DNA of 64,000 nucleotides, from contig CM119385.1 of the NCBI GenBank assembly GCA_051294905.1, forward strand, positions 2,790,001-2,854,000. Reading direction: 5' to 3'. Positions 60,593-64,000 of this stretch are shown one piece after another. The position numbers and the translations under genes are program-made. The notes beneath the pieces were generated by a model that did no database searches, had not been told where the DNA came from, and was given only the letters and a program-made list of their open reading frames with translations. Position 1 is the stretch's first letter; each line of letters begins with the position of its first letter. The DNA is from Botryllus schlosseri (taxonomy: Eukaryota).

Positions 60593-61138
60593 CAGGGTTG
60601 TAACCAAGTCACAAGTCAATTTCACTTTCATTATTTTGACTCGAGTCAAGTCGAGTCATTTTAAATTCACCACCGAGTCCAAGTCATCGAGCAGAGGGTC
60701 AAGTCCGAGTCATGATATCATGACTCGAGTCCGAGTCCAAGTCATTATGTTGACTGCTCAGTTTCCAGTTAAAGTCTTGTTAAACTCACTTCATATAACT
60801 ATGTTTGGTGATATCGAATGTTTAGCATTTATAATATACTAATTTTTCTCCCTTTTAGCAGTTTCTGGTCGCATTTTCAAGTACCAGTATCAATCAGACG
60901 AAATCCCAGTAGGATGGTTACTTCTCAATTCTACGAAATTACAATGAAATGTCGGTCTTGGCCGTCTGAGTCTCGAGTCAATGACTTGGTCCGAGTCATG
61001 TGCAATGACTCGAGTACAAGTCGAGTCAATACACAGATTGACTCGAGTCGAGTCATCTCCGTATTTTGAAAAAAATGACTCGAGTTATCCGAAAATTTTG
61101 ACTCGAGTCGAGTCATGACTCGAGTCATTACAACCCTG
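60593..61138. mobile_element. hAT MITE with GACTCGAG subterminal repeats
   Basis: TIR CAGGGTTGTAA; perfect TSD ACTTCTAG; related fragments at ~27390-27510 and ~62240-62520. Confidence 0.9.
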
Positions 61139-64000
61139 ACTTCTAGTGTTCCGATATTTATTTTGAATGCGTGTAATTTTTGGAAATGAATCCAACTGTA
61201 ACCGGCTGGTACGAGACAATGTTATTGTGAAAGCCACGATTATTGGTGAGGCGCAAGTCAAACAAGTTTCTACAATTGCCTCGCAACGGCGGAAGTTAGA
61301 GAGCCACTGCACTTGAATTCATTCGAAAAAAGTTGTTAGCGGAAAATTTGCAATGCCACACAATTTCATGAAATAATATTCTCACCAAGTAATCCTTGAA
61401 TAGTCTTGGGAACTTTAGGCCACTTTATCTTGCCCTGAGCTACATTGTAGCGGCTGTGTTGTGTGCTTCAAAATATCAAACCCAATCAAGGTTTCAGCCT
61501 CTTTCAACATCTTAATATGTTACATAAAATATGATACACCTGTGTAATGACAATTCATCCTATAGATTACTGTACTTACCCATTGAGCATCCCATAGTGC
61601 TGGATAGCTCAGGAGTATCTCCGATAACTGAGCCCCTTCTAAAATCTGATTTCTGCGGTGTTGGTGGGTCCTCTTCATTCAATCTAGGAGCGTGACTTTG
61701 TTTGGTTCCCTCTTTTTCACTTCTTGTTGTATATCTTTTATGTGATTATCAATGCTGTGTTGATCTTCGACAAGATCCGGACAGAAATTATCCTGAAAAA
61801 TTAGAATTCAACTAGCTCATCTCAAAACCAAGATAAAAATTAATTGGACTTACAGCCCTGGCTCTTTTGCATCTTGAGCTGCTAGTTTCTTCTTCTTCCT
61901 CAATAACATTCTTTCGTTTTGTACCATACTTCTGCTTCATCTGATTCACCAATTCAGCTTGTAACGGTTTCCGATAGTCCTTGAACTTCTGCTTCAAGGC
62001 AATATGCCACGAGCCCTGAAGAAATTGCAATTATTGTTACACTCAACTCTGCAGAGGGTACCAATACTAAAAGCAAGAAAAAAACCCTAAACAGCCCGCA
62101 AAGTCTGAAAATCGGCATTGTTTCAACACTGGCAGCGCCACAACACAATGAACATAACAATGGTCAATTTCGTTGAGCGATTATTGGGAACAATGCCGAT
62201 TTTCAGACTTTGAGGGCTGTTTTGAGGTGGTTCCATTGCATGGACTCAAGTCGCGATTTTTGGGTGACTCGACTTGACTCAATTCTTTTTTTTTTTACAA
62301 ATACGTTAAATGAATCGACTCGAATCAATTTTTCATTGCAACTTCGAAGAATAGTTATTTCGAGTATGAGTCCTGATACTTGGCAAAATAGAGCCAGAAA
62401 CTGTTAAGACTGAGGAAAATTACTGTATTCTGGATGGGAGCCAATCACTTTAGCAGAATTGACAAAACGTGGATTGAACTGAAAACCTAACATTGAACAT
62501 AACGACTTGGACTCGGCTTATCTTGTAGTTATTCTGGAATTGTGATTATTGCCTTCAGAACTACATTGAAGCTGCGTGCAGTGTACAGGTATAGTCATGA
62601 CAAAAGAGACCATAGGCGCCGACTTACGAGGTTACGAGGTGGCGCAGGTTCGGACATTTTGATTTGCAAAAACTGTCGCCGAGGCTGCGTAATACCAGCG
62701 CGTATTTAATTGTTCACCAGACATCAGTTACTCGCTAATTGACAGCGCTTCCGGACTCTTTGGCAAGCTTATCATACGCCAAAAATCGTCAACAAGAATA
62801 GATTATATCAGGCCTGGGCAATGTGCAGAAATTTGTGTGGGCGTCAACACGTAATTCAATTAGTATGTGTTAGCGGCCGTCGATATTGGTGCGTATAATA
62901 CGCTGATATGAAAACATACAGTAGTCCGGAATTCACCTGTAATGGGCAAGGACAGTTTACTATGGATATTTGCCCAGGACTACAGAAACATGCAGCTGAC
63001 TTACATAGCTGGAATTTTCTTCGTTATTGTCTTTCAAAACTGGATAGTTTCTTAATAATGCCGAGCATACTTCTTGATACTGATGCGCAGTCGGGTACCT
63101 GTTAGATAGATCGGCATATAGTTAGCTGATATCTATCCAAACTAACGAAATGCATGCACGAGTTTCAAAACAATATACCATGGATGAATTGAATAGAATT
63201 ATACTTACAAAGTATATTGCAAAAGATCTTGAAAGAGAATTGTCCTGATCTCTTTTCTCAGTCTTGATGGAATTACGATATTGCCAGCGCTCCGAGGTAC
63301 TAAGTGTTTGATGCGTTGCACCAGGTATTGAGGAAAAGTTGGGATGTTGTAGATCACAGGCCATCGTTGGTGTGAACGTGAAAGTGATGATTCAACTGAA
63401 TCATCCATCAGATCACGTTCAGATGAATCCACAGTTAGGGAGTCGCTAGTGATGCTGCTGTCGCAAACGCTTTGTACTTTTTCTAGGAAAATTGGGTATA
63501 GAGGTGAAAAAATTGATAAATGAAGTCAATCCTAAACTCACCCGTAACACTTGAAGTTTGTACACATATAGTGGCAGCGCCGAACATGAGCCAATAGAGA
63601 CTTCCTGTCCAAGTACTGGTTCATGCATGCAAGGATAGGACATTTCAACACATTCATAGTAATTTCTCTACTGATGTCCTGTTAAGTCATACATTTTACA
63701 TTTTAACATTCAATTTATACCTAAAACGCACTGGTATCAATTATTATGCTGAATGACAGTCTAACACTATATTGATTAACCACAGATACTGTAATACTAA
63801 ACGTCGGACTGAGCGGGACTGAAGACAAGTTATGCATCGTCCGTGACCGTGATCCGTCGTTTAGTATTGGCAGAATTATACTGAATGTATTCATAGTAAA
63901 TTCTCACATTTACAAAATTGTGACGCCAGAAATATATCAGAAGATTTCCTTTCATTTAAACGAGATCTCTCCTTGCAGCAGTCGCAATGAAAATCCAAAT

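Larger units (their letters stand above)
59191..63482 (-). pseudogene. Family A copy 3: spliced 'SAMD3-like' CMC accessory gene, most complete
   Basis: Exons 63209-63482 (RWPVIYNIPTFP..), 63005-63098 (YPTAHQYQEVCSALLRNYPVLKD), 61854-62015 (SWHIALKQKFKDYRKPL), 61580-61792 (213 bp, one TGA), 61386-61510 (frameshift), 60466-60545 (80 bp), 59191-59403 (SFDEALALLIAAHWIFNIKF). Splice phases agree at all but the frameshifted exon. Confidence 0.85.

Overview
AT-rich animal (probably invertebrate) genomic DNA with short GT-AG introns. The window is essentially a transposon graveyard; I found no intact host gene. Main contents: (1) three decayed copies of one multi-exon gene of the 'SAMD3-like' type that accompanies animal CACTA/EnSpm (CMC) transposons (103-3416 +, 45826-52188 +, 59191-63482 -), one directly behind a CMC transposase C-terminus and two next to CACTG termini; (2) a second, unidentified multi-exon gene family (family B) in three copies; (3) a five-deep nest of DNA transposons at 4586-14713, including a 9.2-kb CMC element with a 2-bp TSD and a 1.4-kb foldback/MULE-like element with a 9-bp TSD; (4) a full-length decayed Ty3/Gypsy element (21488-27137; 214-bp LTRs, 5-bp TSD) whose primer-binding site is complementary to its own LTR, suggesting self-priming; (5) a Penelope-like RT fragment with a minimal hammerhead ribozyme motif; (6) a CsRn1-type Gypsy remnant; (7) an I/Nimb-type LINE joined to an R4/Dong-type restriction-like endonuclease fragment inside what looks like one TSD; (8) tRNA-derived SINEs, many hAT and Tc1/mariner MITEs, hairpins and short tandem duplications. 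All alignments and counts were done by eye; family assignments rest on recalled motifs, not database searches.
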